In this document: positions 14,928 through 33,168 of the stretch, in pieces | How the letters are laid out: each line of letters opens with the position of its first letter | Numbering within the stretch: position 1 is the first letter of the stretch | NCBI RefSeq assembly: GCF_009914755.1 | Contig: NC_060947.1 | DNA length: 64,000 nt | From: the human T2T-CHM13v2.0 reference genome, Homo sapiens | Strand: one strand, 5' to 3' | Notes under the pieces: model-generated | The model's database searches: none | What the model saw: the letters and a program-made list of their open reading frames with translations, nothing else | What the model was told of the DNA's origin: nothing | Program-made: the position numbers and the translations under genes

Positions 14928-15449
14928 CTAGATGTGGAGAAAGGACAATTGAGAACAGAAACAGTGACAAACTTTCAAATCTGTGTATTTTGAGTAAAAT
15001 GACAGCACTTCCTAACACGCATATTTTGGTTTTTTATACCAAGGTAACAAGTCATTGGCATTTCATTATCAGCAAATGAGATGTTCCACAAAAGTGATTT
15101 TCCAAATAACCAAATAATACACTTTTAAGTACCAAGTAAAAATGCAGTCATTTTGGATGAAAAATGTATAACATGGTCACATAGTTCCCAGATTTCTTAA
15201 ACAGAACATAATGAACAAATCTAATTAGCCTTGCCTTGATGATCAGGCCGTGAGCTTTCAGAGGCAAACTGTTATGATGTCGAAGAAGCACAATGCTTCA
15301 AATATTGCTGTTAAGTATTAACTCACTGAATGAACAACTATACAAAGCAGACATAAGAACTCAATACATTACAATCTGGGATCATTTACTAATGGGAAAA
15401 GAGATATAAGAGATATAAGTGGGCCCTGATGACATAACTGTTTGCCTCA

Positions 15450-16900
15450 AGATGCTCAGTCTAGTGTTAGAGTCAGACAAGAAAAATCAGTGGTTATAAT
15501 TTCAAAATGTGTTGTGGTAGGAGTAGGCAACACAAAGTGCCATGGAAAAATTTCAGAGGCACACTCAAGTTCAGCCTTATTACATAAGACACACTTTGAA
15601 AAGGTGACACTTGAGCTGAGATTTTAAGAATGAATAGGAATTAATGATGCAAGTAATGGGGGAAGGGCATTCCAGGTATAAGAAATAGCACAGACAAAAA
15701 TATGGAGAGTAAAAAGACATAGCACTTCAAGGGAAACGCAAGCAGGTTGGCAGAGCTAGAACAATGGATCAAAAGGTATTTTTGGCTGGATAGAAGGCAG
15801 AAAAAGTGTGCAGGGACCCAGGTCACAAAGGTACTATATGCTCTTAGGTAGTCTGGCCTTATCCTGATGAAAAAAAAATTCAGCAGCAGGATATTAAGCA
15901 GGATTTCATTTCAGAAGTTATGGCAGATGGAGGTAGTAAGGTAGGACATATCTTTATCACTAGAGTCCAGGTAACCAATAATATTGTCCTGAGCTGGATT
16001 AATGAAGTGCAGAAGAAAAGCAGAAGGCACAGACTGGAGATCAAATTAGAAGGCAAAATTGACCAAACGGATGTAGGGGGTGTACGAGGAGGAGATAATA
16101 GAATGGTTTCCAATTCCACACTTGACTGATTATGTAGATGCTGGTGCCATTCTATAAAAGAGGAAGAATATATGCATTTCAGTTTTTTGTAGTTATATGG
16201 AACAGGTGGTAAAAAGGATACGTGGAAGAGAGAGATGCTCAGTTTTAGATATGTGAGTTTAAGATATCTGTGTCCTTAGTTGAGCATGGTAGCTTACGCC
16301 TGTAGTCCTAGCTACTTGGGAAGCTGAGATGGGAGAACTGTTTGAGCCCAGGAGTTCAAGACCAGCCTGGGCAGCATATCGAGAACCCATCTCAAAAAAA
16401 AAAAAAAAATCACTATGTCCTAACCAAGTGGCTATATGAACCTAAGTGGTAGTTAAAACATGGGCAAGAACATTTCTCAGTAAGGGGAAGTAGAATAAAA
16501 AGAGGATCAGAGACAAAAACCCTTGGGAACACCAATACCTGTGGGATAGACAATGGAGTAGGAAAAAGATGTAAAAGGGCAGATAGAAAATGGCGCCAGA
16601 GAAGCTAAGGATGGAACGTTTCAATTAAGGTGGAAAGACAGCAAATAATAGTAGAAAGCTTTGAAACATGTCCATTGCCTCTAGCAATATGAAGGGTGGG
16701 AGATATGAGTAAAATTGCTGCAGGTTTAAGAGGGAATGGGAAGTGATTGGTTAGGACATCAAGAACTTGGGCAGGGTAACAAATACAATACTCATTTTGA
16801 GAAGTTTAGAATGATTAAGGCAGGACAAAAGGGAGGTAATTAGAAGGGGGACATAGGGACAAGAAAGGATAGCTTAAGGTTAGAAGAACTTAAATAGGAT
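15450..16900 (+). mobile_element. Degenerate L2 region with a FLAM inserted at about 16279-16409
   Basis: L2-type purine-rich motifs (aggtgacacttgagctgag...gaagggcattccagg); Alu monomer with A-tail. Confidence 0.65.
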
Positions 16901-18311
16901 GAGGGAAACAGCCATTAGCAATTGACAGAAGATGCTGAATGGTACAAGTTCTCCTACAAGTTAAGAGATTGAATTCCAAAAGCGTAAGACATTAAGAACT
17001 CAATACATAACAATCTGGGGTCACTTAGTAATGGGAAAAGAGATATAAATGGGCCTTGATGACATAACTGTTTGCCTCAGTTTAACCAGGAAAAGAAAAC
17101 CTACTCTGAGACTGGAGAGGAGGAAGGAATGCTACAGATGGATACACTTGCAGGAAAGAAGTTAACTGCTATTTCTATTTCCCATTTCCTGTGTCTTGTT
17201 GCCCTAGTTCTCTGCCTAGCTTGCAGTCTACCAGGGACTGATAAATCAGATAACTAAGCTTATTAGAATTGTATCAAAGATAGGACAAATAGGCTGCATG
17301 GCAATTCTGATTGTGCTTGCATTCAAGAAATGTGCCAAGCTTTCCCCGCCGCCCCCACTAGCCTCTGGGGCAATAACTAGGAACAAAATGCAACCCTGGA
17401 GTTTATAAACTTTTCTGACATTGACTTGGGCTGCCAGTTCAATTATTTGTTTTACTTGCTTCTTGGTTCTGTTAAGAATCCAGAGAGCTGAGGCTGCCAG
17501 ATGTGACCTGTGAATAGATGGTGTTAAGAATCCCCAGTTAGCACCTCCCCTACAATTTCCCAAATTACCACCCAGCCCATAAACTATTAGGTGACATGTA
17601 CCATAAAGTATTATGCCGTGGGTTTAATATAACTTGGTTTTTTAAAAATTCATTAGTAGATTAATTTCTTATTCTGGCAACAGACTCATAGTTCTCTCTT
17701 TCCCAAATTGGGTATTTGACCTAGTACTGAAACGACTTTCATAAATACTGCCAATAAGGCTTTCATGTAAGACAAATATTCTCAGAGTAGCTCAAAAAGG
17801 CAATTCCGCTAATACAAAGATCTTTCTAGATACTGTCATTTACTTAAAATGCTCTCAATTAGTATGTGAAATATTAATTTATAATAACTATTGATTGTAT
17901 GAATTCAACCTTTAAAAATTATTTAGTTAATGGAAAAAATGTTGGTAAAACAGTAACTTTAATGGGATCACATTCTGAAGAAAAGAAAATCTCATCCTAT
18001 AAGTCATTTTGATCTGATCTACTTGCCTAATGTATACTTAACGCTGTATTGAAAATGCTTCTGGGGAAAAGAGAAGTGTATTTGCAGAAGAATTTAATAG
18101 CCACAGAAGCAATAAAGATTTTTAAAGATTAAAAAGTTCCATGGCCACTAAAATTTCAGTAAGAAGTTTCATGTAGATTAAAAATGCTGTTAATCTTCAA
18201 TTTTCTGCCAGTTCAGACATTTTTCAAACACAATTTTCAACACAAGAACTGGAAAGCTGAGGTATACATTTACAACAAAAACTAATAAAACTTCTCTTAA
18301 AAACCAGTTGA

Positions 18312-18624
<313 letters not shown>

Positions 18625-19592
18625 GAGTCAAAACTTCTTTTTGGAAGGATCCACATTAAGAAGCACATTCTTAGGTGATATTTTGTTATATACATTTTAT
18701 ATCTATAATCAAACTGTGTTAAGTAAATCACATGCATCTGAAAAGATTCGTGAAGCTACTCAATATCATTCATGAATATCTATACCAGTTTCAAATACAA
18801 GAAATGGTGATTATTAACGCAGAAAGTTAGCTACCAGGGTAAAAGAAAAGGAGATGGGTGGAAGATGAGCCCAAGACAATTTAACATTATCTACCTAAAT
18901 AAACAGATGAAATACTATCATCTTAAAAATGTCCAAGTCTTATAAGAATTCCTCCTGAAAAACTGCAGGAAACTTAAGTGGTACATTTTACACTGAACTT
19001 ATAGTATGTTCTTGATACGTAACAAGTAGCTTATCAGATTCCTTCTAAAATACTAAGATGTATGAAATACTATGATGCATTCCTCTGAAATGCAAATTAT
19101 CACTCAAAGAAATGAGTAGCAGGATTTTAAAGCCCCCACCCACTGGATGAAGAAATTGAGACACTAGAAGTTAAACAACTTGGCCAAAGACAATGGTAGT
19201 TAACTGCAGAGTTTGCAGCCGTGATGACTAACTGGCATTCACATGGCTTAACTGGGTAATTCAGAGAAAAGTTACCAGCTACATTGCTAAGTTTTCTTAT
19301 GTGATATAGTAAGGTGACTAGGTAACTATCCGTATATGGAAACTGGAAGGCTCAAGTATTTTAGAGTGATCTAAGTAAGAGAGAGACTGCACACAATCCT
19401 ACGTTGGTTCAGATCAATAGCTCAATATGTATGGCTGCAATGTAAAGCTACTATGTAGAGATATTGAATATCAACCTCAACTTAGGAATTGAGAAAAGTG
19501 TACAAAGAGATACTCCGCAGCTTTTATTATGAAATAAATATTCTAGATCACTGGTTCCCTAACTGACTATGCATCAGGTTCAGCAGGGGAGC

Positions 19593-19594
<2 letters not shown>

Positions 19595-19664
<70 letters not shown>

Positions 19665-19671
19665 TCTGTCT
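19595..19671. repeat. (AC)20(TC)n microsatellite
   Basis: Seen directly. Confidence 0.95.
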
Positions 19672-19979
19672 CCTCATTAGACCTACTACGTTAAATCCTC
19701 TAAGGATGCAGCCTGGAATCTATTTTTATAAAACGCTTCCCAGGTTGATCTTATTCTGTAGCCTGCCTAGCATCAATCGAGGCCTATGTATGGGACTATT
19801 CTTCCAGATGGTAATATACAGACAGAACATCAGAACATTTTGCAAATAATTCAGTTCTACTTCTAAACATTTCTAAAGTTTTTCCATTTGAAAGAAATTG
19901 CCATTATGTAGTATACAAAATCTTGACTTTAACCAACGGGAAAAAAGGTAAGCAAATTGCCTTAAGAAATAAAAGAATC

Positions 19980-19985
19980 TTTATT
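19980..19985 (-). terminator. LAMP2: Distal poly(A) signal for the exon 9B 3'UTR
   Basis: AATAAA with T-rich downstream sequence on the minus strand. Confidence 0.6.
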
Positions 19986-21273
19986 GTTTTAGAAGCAATT
20001 TTGAGCAAACAGACAGGCAAATATCTAAAGATACCATACATCAACTAGTGGTTTAAACATTTGAAGAAAAAACATGGAAAGTATTTACATGGACCAGTTT
20101 CTTTATACAAATGCTAAAACATGAAAAACACCCAAAACCAGATAGAGCGTTACCATCAAGGTATGAATCTAGTAATACAAATAAAACTACAAAAGGTACA
20201 AAGAACATGTAGCTATAGGAAATAATAGTGTAAATAGCAGTATATAAACTGGCCCATGTAAAATACAAAAATATTCACTGAAGTCAGGTTTTCTATAAAA
20301 CAGTGTTTATTAGAGGTATTTTACTATGAATCAGGCATATAATCTGAATGTAGAAACTTTTAGAAATATTAACAGCATTCAGTCAGTGCCATGCACTTGT
20401 GCTTCCAATTATTTTTTTAAAGCTGCTTTGTTTTGACTCATGTGAAATAGTTAAGGCCTACATTCTTATACACATTATCCATCTTACAAGGTTAACAATT
20501 TTACACTAAAACACAGTTTAAATTAAAAACGATTTTGAAAAATTACATCTATATTTAATCCCTAAGAAGTGTTTTAAGCTGGTAATGCAGCTCGCTGTAG
20601 CTCTAAGAGAGGGGTTAGTCAGGAATCTGATCTTGAGCCATAAAGGTTTTCAGGCTAAACAAAGAACAAATTTAAGTGACGGAAAATATTTATAATTCCA
20701 ATATAACTCAGTTATATTGTTATAAAAATACCCATGCTAGCATGCAACTGCCTATATATGTGTGCATATATATATATATGTCTGTGTGTGTGTATTGATC
20801 CATTCAATGTCAATATTTTGGAACCCAGACAATTTTCTCATTTTCTAGTGAATGGGAGGCACATAATCCCACCACAAAAAAAAAAAAAAACACGAAAAAA
20901 CAACCCCACAGGAACCTTCCATATATGGCTGCATATTAACAATTTTAATATTTGCTCAGCCATTCCAACACACACCAAAAAAGTTCTCCTAGAAGCAGCA
21001 AGAAATATTTGATGTGTTAACTACCAAGCTGATGTATTTTGCTTTCTCCTATAAACATTAGGTGGTACACGGTAATTTGACAATTGGTACATCTCTCAGA
21101 CCACAAAACTGAACACAAAGCACGTGAATTAAAAATGATTCTACCATAATGAATAATAACAACGAAAGTTTTGATTAGCACAGAACCATTTAAATGTGAA
21201 AGCCAAATTAGTGATGTTGTAGCAATCAATGCAAGCTGGAAACAAAGAACAACTTTTTAATGGATTAAGATAA

Positions 21274-21669
<396 letters not shown>

Positions 21670-22043
21670 TAGGACACACTGGCATTTCTTAAGAAAAAGA
21701 AAATAATAAAATACATCACTATCAACAAGAAATGTTGGAAGGCTAAAGAGAAATCTGCATTAATTTTAGTACTGCATACAGAGGCCAATTTATGAGCACA
21801 AAGTACTAATGCCCTCAATTGGCACTGGCAAGCAATTATCTCTAAAGCACCTAAAAAATGGATTGAAATGCCCAGTTGGAATAGTCTTATATATTGCAAT
21901 TTAAAAGATTGAAATATCCAGTTTTTTTAAAAAAAAGATTAAACAATAAGATTAATACCTACTCTAAATTTTAAAAAGCTTTTGTATCTTTTGTCATTAC
22001 AGCCACATAAATACAAATGTATTCAAAAGGCATTAGAAAAGCA

Positions 22044-22049
22044 TTTATT
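22044..22049 (-). terminator. LAMP2: Proximal poly(A) signal candidate for exon 9B
   Basis: AATAAA about 570 nt after the 9B stop codon. Confidence 0.45.
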
Positions 22050-22155
22050 GCTAAGAACATAATAATACCAGCCCCTGTTCAAATCTACTATTATATCTCT
22101 CAAAGGTCAAATATGCAGCAATGCCAAAGTAGCTAAGTTAACCTGCAAACAAAAA

Positions 22156-22156
<1 letters not shown>

Positions 22157-22196
<40 letters not shown>
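22157..22196. repeat. (CA)20 in the exon 9B 3'UTR
   Basis: Seen directly. Confidence 0.95.
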
Positions 22197-22201
<5 letters not shown>

Positions 22202-22617
22202 AGCAAAAGGAGCAAGTACAAATCCACGGTAGAACATGTTGTTCCAACTCAACTACCTGCAGGGAAAAAAAATCTCTTTTTCAAAAATTGTTTTTTCTAA
22301 ACGGTGTATTTTTAGTCTGAATGTCTAAAATGAAAACACTGAAATACTAATTCAAGACAGTAAAATAGAACTTATAATCCAGTGATTTTGCACATCTTTT
22401 GCTGTAAAAATAACAGTTTTAAATTCCTTGGTTGGAAAAACCAAAGTCAGGCAACTAATTTGTAGTTGATAGTTTTTTGTTTAAGTTTGAAATCCCCCAT
22501 ACCACCCATTCTAAAGAGCTGGACTGCAACTAAATATACCTTAAGTTGACCAGTATTGCATGTTGGAACTTGTACTTGCTTTTTTCTTTTGTAACAGAGA
22601 TCACGTATTGATTAGTG

Positions 22618-22797
<180 letters not shown>

Positions 22798-22969
22798 TCA
22801 CAAAAGAATGTCTCGAAGTCAAAGATGTTGATTTAAAAGTCAGAAATGTTCTTACAAGATCAACTTCAAGTAACTAAGACAGGTATATTTTTATGATAAA
22901 GCTATAGAAAATGGAGAACTGTTCTAGAATTAAAATTCTAAGACTTTCTTTGTCCTTTCATTTGTTTAT

Positions 22970-23195
22970 GTGTATATATGCAGATATTCATATATATGAA
23001 TACATGTATATTCATTTACATCTATAAACACAGCTCATATTGTAATGTGCATATATTATATGCACATTGTATATGTGTGCATATATATAATATATGCACA
23101 TTATATATGATATATAATGCACACATTATATATATGATATATATTTTATATGTGATATATATGTGTGCATATACATATACATACACACATATATG
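22970..23195. repeat. TA-rich low-complexity tract in intron 8
   Basis: Seen directly. Confidence 0.85.
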
Positions 23196-23387
23196 TTTGT
23201 TTATATTCCAAGTCCTTTCCAAAATAGGCATATTACTTTATCAGAAATAAAGGGAGCTAATCTAGCCCACTTTTACATAGCCAGATTAGCCTCTCAGTGG
23301 TAGAGTGAATGTCTTTTGGGAAAGTGGAAACAGGATCAGGAAGGTATCATGTGATGAGAATAGCCAGGCTGGCTCTGTCTTTAGGGT

Positions 23388-23673
23388 CAGGGGTCAGCAA
23401 GCTGTAGCCCATGGGCCAGATCTGGTCCAAGAGCTAAAAATGGCCTTTACATTTTTAAATGGTTGAAAAAAATATTTTGTGACACATGAGAGCATATAAA
23501 ATTCAAATTCCAGTGTCCATAAATAAGGTTTTATTGGAACCCAGCCACAGTCATCTGTTTATGTGTTGCTGTTTTCGTGCTACAATAGCAGGGTCAAATA
23601 GTTGTGACAGAGACCATATGGCACCAAAGCCTAAAACACTCACTGTTTGGAACTTTAAAGTTTGCAGATCGTG
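23388..23673. mobile_element. MER58B-like hAT-Charlie element
   Basis: caggggtcagcaa start; gtccataaataaggttttattggaac core. Confidence 0.8.
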
Positions 23674-25131
23674 ACTTAGTACATACAATTTTAGTGGCTG
23701 CAAAGTCAAGAAAACTGGGACCTCTTACTAATTTGAGCGTGCTTACTGCATTTCTTATCTGGTCAGGGTTGGCAGCCTAAGGGGGCTATTTTTTTCTACT
23801 TCTAGAAAGTGGTCTGATCCAGTAAAATCCAATCAACACTCTTCTGCCTTATTGCAATTCTATTTCTTTCCCCATACAGTCAAATATTACCTATGTGTTG
23901 TATTTATAGGTACCCACAGCCAAGAACCTAGTTCCACAAATAGATTATACATTCAATATCAGTATTAAATGCTGTATATCTCTTTGGGTGATATTTTTAA
24001 TTCTATGTATATAAAAACCAAAGTTTCAAAGTAAGAGAAAGAGCACAGCTCATCTCTATTACAGGTGACTAGATAAACAGTCTTGAAGTGATGATACTAA
24101 TACTGCAAACGATTTTAAACTGTAAACACAAATCTGGACTTAAAATTAGGGGAATAATGAAGGGGAGCCAGATAAAAAGTCCAAAAATAAAGCTACTAAA
24201 GGATCAAAATAATTGAAGTACATAAGCAAAACAGACAAAAGGGAAAATGAATTCTTGAAAATATTTTTAAAGTGTAACTAACGTCTTTAATCGCAAGAAT
24301 GGTAGGGTGGAGAGCCCAATTTATTGTGGCCTAACCAAGTCAGACTAGGTATTCAACACCACTGCAAAAGTAGTCGAATGGCTCACAGTATATTCGCTTT
24401 TAAACACAGCTTCCACATTTCCTTCCAAACCATAGAATTAATGGTTGAAAAGGATGTGGATGCCTGGAATAGCTAGCTCTGCTCAACAGAGTTGTGATCC
24501 ACAAACCCCCAATTTTAGGTAATAGGCTTAAAAGGACAAGTCAATTAAGGAATTTTATGTGCTTTTTTTCTTCATGCAAATTTTAATCTTGTAATGCCAA
24601 ATATGTCTTTCATATTCGTATGAACACATTATAATGAGCCCTTCAAAAGGTTTCATTAAAAATCTAATAAATACCACCATTATCCCTGAGTGATCTTCAA
24701 AAAGCGTCATTCACACTGGCACATGCTTTGAAAACTCTCCAGATCGTTTTGGCTGGTAAAAACATAGTTCATGATATTTGAGGCTTTGCTACCGCTCTTT
24801 ATCTTTTGTCTTAACAAAATCAGACCAAACTGCTTTCATTCAGGTATGAAAATGTTTCCAGTGAGAAGACGGCCTCAGGAAGCAGATGCAAGATGCTCAA
24901 AGCTGCTGCTCCCAAGTGCCATCTTCCCTACAAACTAAAACCCATACCTCAAATAAAGCTCACTTAAAGCTTCTATCAGTTTTAGCTTTAAGAACTTTTT
25001 TTGCAAATGATTTTAAGATCACAAAAACATCTCGGTTGAGCAAAATGATGAGCCAAATATAGAGTTGCACAATTTGGTCAAGGCTATGAATTCATATTCC
25101 TCTATTTCAACGTTTAAATGTCTATGATTCA

Positions 25132-25389
<258 letters not shown>

Positions 25390-25392
25390 TTA

Positions 25393-25715
<323 letters not shown>

Positions 25716-25949
25716 GGAACAGTCCTCAGGGTTTTTCAGTGAAGGCCTGGGGGACAAGATCAACCCACAAAAAGCAATTCTTACCATAACTAGGTTCCCT
25801 TATCTTTCTATAGATGTTTCTATAGTCTAAAAATCAGTCATATCCTTAATTATTATCTACTCTACTTTGAAAAAATGGGATACAGAAAAAGACAGAACAT
25901 CATAGTTCTAAGTTACTGATTTTAAGGTATGATCAAGGTACACTTTTTA

Positions 25950-26189
<240 letters not shown>

Positions 26190-27210
26190 TTAATACCCAC
26201 AGAAGAAAAGCAATCTAACACTATTACACAGAAGAAGAAATCATGCGGTAGAATAAACTGCAACTAAGTAAAAGAGAACTCATAATCTGACAGAAATCCC
26301 TTTCCTCTGTATTTTGTTTCCAACTTTTGGAGCACAGGTGTAGTCATGTGGATCTCAGACACTTGAAGATTTATGGCCTCAATTTTATTCCTCCTGTCAC
26401 TTGCTGAGCCCTCACCACCTCTAGCCTGGATCACAGCAGCCTCTTAAGTGGGCTCCCTGCCTTTCAGCCCCTCCAGTCCTAATCTTTCCTTTTCACTGCT
26501 ATTATCTTTCTGAAGTACTCATCTGATCAGCCAGTCATTCTAATAATTTCAGAGTGCAAGTACTCCAGGAGCTACCAAAATGAACCACACTTCAATCCTG
26601 CCTTCACCCTGTTTGCAATCTGCCAGGGAAGGTAAGATAAACACATAAACAACCATATTACAAAAAAGAAAGTGAGAAGTCATGAAAATAGGAGAGAAAT
26701 CACTTCCAAATAAGGGAGGAGAAAAAGTAATGCCAGCTTAGGGATGGGGCATTTTGAACCGGGCAGGATTCTCTTAGGAAACAAGTGGGAAAAGGGGTAT
26801 TTGAGAGAGCAAGAGTATAAATAACGGTAGTTAGAAAATAAGCATAATCTCAAATTTTTATGCTAGCATTTGAGCACTTACTAAGTGCCCAGCACTGTTC
26901 TTAAAACTTTACATATGATGCTTCGCTGAGTAAGTACAACACTCCTATGCAATAGGTGCTGTTATCATCCCCATTTTGGGAGTATGGCTGCGGAGTCTAT
27001 GTAATTATTATTACTATGTTCTCCTACCTCACAAGAAGTGCACAGAGGACAGGATGAGGGAAGCACCCTGAAGGAACTAAAGGAAACATAAGGTTCATAA
27101 AGAGGGAGTGAAGGCTGAAAATGCAGGCTGCATTGCATGGGAGAAAAGAAGGCTTGAACTACCCAGCCATGGACTTTAGATGTTACCTTGTTGGCAAAAG
27201 AGAAACATTG

Positions 27211-27548
<338 letters not shown>

Positions 27549-29711
27549 AACACTGATGGAGAGATGTGCTTTAGGAAGGTTAAGTTGATGTAGAACAATG
27601 GAGAAGGTGAGGAAGAGGAGCAATCAGGCAGGAGCTGTTTGAATGGTCCAGGCAAGAGGTAATGTGGACTGGACCCAGAGCAAAGGCAATGGGGAGTAAA
27701 AGCTAGGAGACAGACTTCAGAGAAATTTCAGGAAGAAGCATAATGGAGGACTTCACACCTTCATCACATCCCTCCTCGACTTAGGCTACATCTTGGCTTT
27801 GCATTCAAGACTCCACAATTTGTCCCAATGACTTTTCCACATTTTCACTAAACATATAACACTCCTCATTCTCCCAGCTGGTCTTGATTATGCCCTTTAT
27901 CCAGGGATAACCTGCACTTTCCCACTTACTCTCCTTATCTCCCTACCAATACAAATCAGACCCATCCTTGAAGGCCCAGCTCAAATGCCATCTCTGCCAT
28001 TAAACCTTCCTGACTCTCCTCCAGCCGGAATTAACCTCTCCCTCCTCCATTCTCCTGCAGCACTTTGTACTATTCTCTGGTCTGGCACTCATCCCATTTC
28101 ATATACACCTTCCACAGTACTATACTGCCTACAGAATCGAGTTCAAAAGCCTTGGCATGGCATGTAGGCCTTTCACAAAAATGGTAATTATTTGCAGATT
28201 TCTCCCATTACCACTAAACTGTGGGCACTTTAAGAATACTGGCTTTCTTCTCCATAACCCACCATAGCAGCCTGCACATAACGCACTCGAATTCTATAAA
28301 TTCTCCTAAGGAGCATCTATCATGACAGGGTTGAAGGCAAAAATGGGCCCCACTGAACTCTGGGGACATTGCAGGTGTCTCTTGATTTTTCAGAGTGCCT
28401 GTAGCATGATTAAAATGTCACTATTTTGGATTACGTTTTAAGATAGCCTGCTGGGTAAATTAAATATTGTAATTCTTAAATACTAAACATTGCCGTATAA
28501 GAGTCAAGAGAAATCATGTTCCTTTTAGGAGTCTACCACAGCTAGAAAGATCAAACTCAATCACTTGAAAGGGAATAAACCCAAAATACTACTTTCCTTG
28601 TTCTTATTGACCATAACCCCTATTAGGTAACTTTAAAAGAGAATGTGCCTGAGGCTTGCTTTTACCATACTGGAGAGGACAAATTCAATTAGACATTTTC
28701 AATAGTAATTCACTGGTCACATGGTACTTTAACAGAGGAATTATTTGAATGCTGGAAAAAGGAACATTTTTGTAAACCTTTCCAAAATACAAGTGCCTAA
28801 TGTAATCCTCAATTACTCGGCATATATTCTAAAGAGAAAAATGTGCTTTAGACTCAAAATACCAAGATCACATATGAAATAACAACATACCTACTTTTTA
28901 TATATCAGATGTTGAGATTATTTCCCCATCCCCAAACACAGTAATCTGATTTAAAAACAGAACTGGTTTTTATCTAATTATACAATATTTTTAGTTTGAG
29001 AATAGTTGGTGGTTCAACATTTTCCCTCACTTACAGCTATCTTCTATTCCACCAGTCTCATTTGCCACAACATGTTCACACATACATCCCTTCACAGAAA
29101 TTATGGGAATAATAGTTGCTTCTGAGAAGGTGGAAATAAAGATCCCCGATGATTAATTTATGCTAGCAAGAAGTAGAACAGGTATGCTTAACCCAAAACC
29201 TTCTGTTTAGGTTTCAGCTCTTGATCAACAACAAAAACCTGAATGCTGCCATTATAAATTGTCCTGATTTAATGAATTCATATACACACTTAACACAGAG
29301 CTTTGTACATAGTAAGTACTCAATAGATGTTACCTATTTTTATTACTGACACTATCACAAATAATATAGCCTCCAAATGGCTTCAAATAGTATCACAGAA
29401 AAACATGAGCACTACCTAACCAATAACAGAGAAAAAATTATCATGGAAATTACTTATGTATGGATAGATTAGACAATTGTGGGTTTCGTTTTTTTCTTTT
29501 TTTTGATGTGAGTTAATTCTTGCTTCTACCCTAGAGTCTCTCTAATGGTAAAATGGCCACTCTTGGTGAACATTAATGCAAGAGTCCAGTCCACAGACCA
29601 TTGCACAGACTCTGAGGGATGAACAGGGATGAATGGACTACACTTTATAATTGAGTACTGTAGAACTGGAAAATAAAGCTAAATACCCCCCTCCCCCCAT
29701 GCAACTATTTA

Positions 29712-29924
<213 letters not shown>

Positions 29925-30587
29925 TTAGCTATAAAAGTGGCCAGCAAAGCCTTACACTCTACCAAACAAAATCAACTTCAGCGTAGAACAAAAAATCTTT
30001 TGTCTGGATACTTAAAATTCATGGTGTCTTCACTTTCAAACAAAGTTGGCATGGGTCCTCAAGCTATGACTCAGACAACTTAAAAAAAAAAACAAGAGGG
30101 AAGCTTCTACAGTAATGAGCCAAATGAAAACACACATTTTTATGGAGCACAAGAGCCATCTGCCTCGCTTGTTTAAGTCACAAGATCCTGGAAATCGGAT
30201 TTGTTTCTTGGCAATCCCTCTACAGCCTGAGTGGAACATTGCAACTAGAAGTGCCATCATGTACTCGGGCATGTCTACACGATCCGAGTAATCAAATAGC
30301 TGGAGAAACGGATAGCTGTGCCACTCCTGTACGCCAACCTACAGTGCATTTCAGATCAAAGTGTGAAGGAGTTATATTTTAAACTGACTGAAATAAAGGC
30401 CAATTGTTTGTACTCTGATCCACTGATGGCAAATAGAATCTAAACCCCCAAGAGTACTTTAAACTGCTAGGTTTTCTGCCGGCCAACACAACACCTGAAA
30501 GTGACATTAACACATCATGGTTATAGTAACTCCTAACTAATCAAAGCTCAACAAGCCAACATGAAATCTCCATTTAAAACTGAATCA

Positions 30588-31535
<948 letters not shown>

Positions 31536-32428
31536 TTAATTCATAAGGCCAGGGAAAACCAAAAAAAATTCTCATAATAGAAGTCCAAAAGGGTTATATT
31601 AGGGGAAGAGAATATCTTGTTAGTATATTTGAAACTAAATTAGGCAGAGGTTCTTAAACTGCTGCTTCATATACAGAATATCTACATGAGTTATGACACA
31701 GCAAACTCAGGACACATCCCTATGCTTTATCTGCTCCCACATGGCCACATACTCGTCTTTTTCAGACCCTTAAATCTTTTTATTCCCAAAGAACTTTGCC
31801 TGCCTCTGATACGAAATTCAGAGAGTTAAGTCTTAAATTTTTTGGTTCTTTATTCCCACATACAATCACCATAAGGAAGGATACTGTTTACTAGAAAAAA
31901 GCTTAGAAATCATCAAAGGACTTAAATACAAATGAACCATTTATTTGCATTAGCCCTATGGCAAATCATAGGCATTTCAACCTCTTCTTGGGAAGTGTTC
32001 ATAGTTTTCCAGAACTGGTGAATGAGAAATTATTACCTTTCCATAAAGCTATATAAAAATTATAAAATCAACTTTAAAAATTCAAGATTAGAATATGAAT
32101 CTGATTTCTAAGCTTTGGTCTTGGAACCGCTAAAAAAGCTGATAATCAAGCTATCTGAGGATCTGTTCAAACAATGATTAGGTTTTATCAGCTGAGAACA
32201 GTATAGGTAGTGTCTTTTAAAATACCATTCCACAACATGTACATCAAAAACTTTAAATTGTAAGATACACAAAAATAAGAATTGCTATTATTTACAAAAA
32301 CTTTATAGCCTAGTAGAAGCTATGAATAAACCTTAATATATAAATGCTTTCAGATAATGACTTCAATGAAAGCTACCTGGTATACTCTACTCTTAAATTA
32401 GGATCCAAGTAGAGAAATATATACTTTA

Positions 32429-32605
<177 letters not shown>

Positions 32606-32796
32606 TTAACAATGGCTATTTCCAAGAAGGTAGGAGAAAAGTGATAATATAAATATATTTGTATAGGCTTTCTTCTTCTCTCTGCCTGCCCTACCCCAGG
32701 CACAAAGTGACAAAGGATATAGCATGCTTAAGGGCATGACTAGTTCACTGTGGCTAAAACATAAGGAGTAAGGGGGAAGAAGAAATGGGGGTTAGG

Positions 32797-33168
<372 letters not shown>

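Noticed and set aside
14928-15018. N-terminal part of ORF 14788..15018
   Set aside because: This is the intronic pyrimidine tract read in frame with exon 9A; the exon starts at 14927.
30255-30276. p53 response element
   Set aside because: One perfect half-site (GGGCATGTCT), but the partner half-site is poor; expected by chance.
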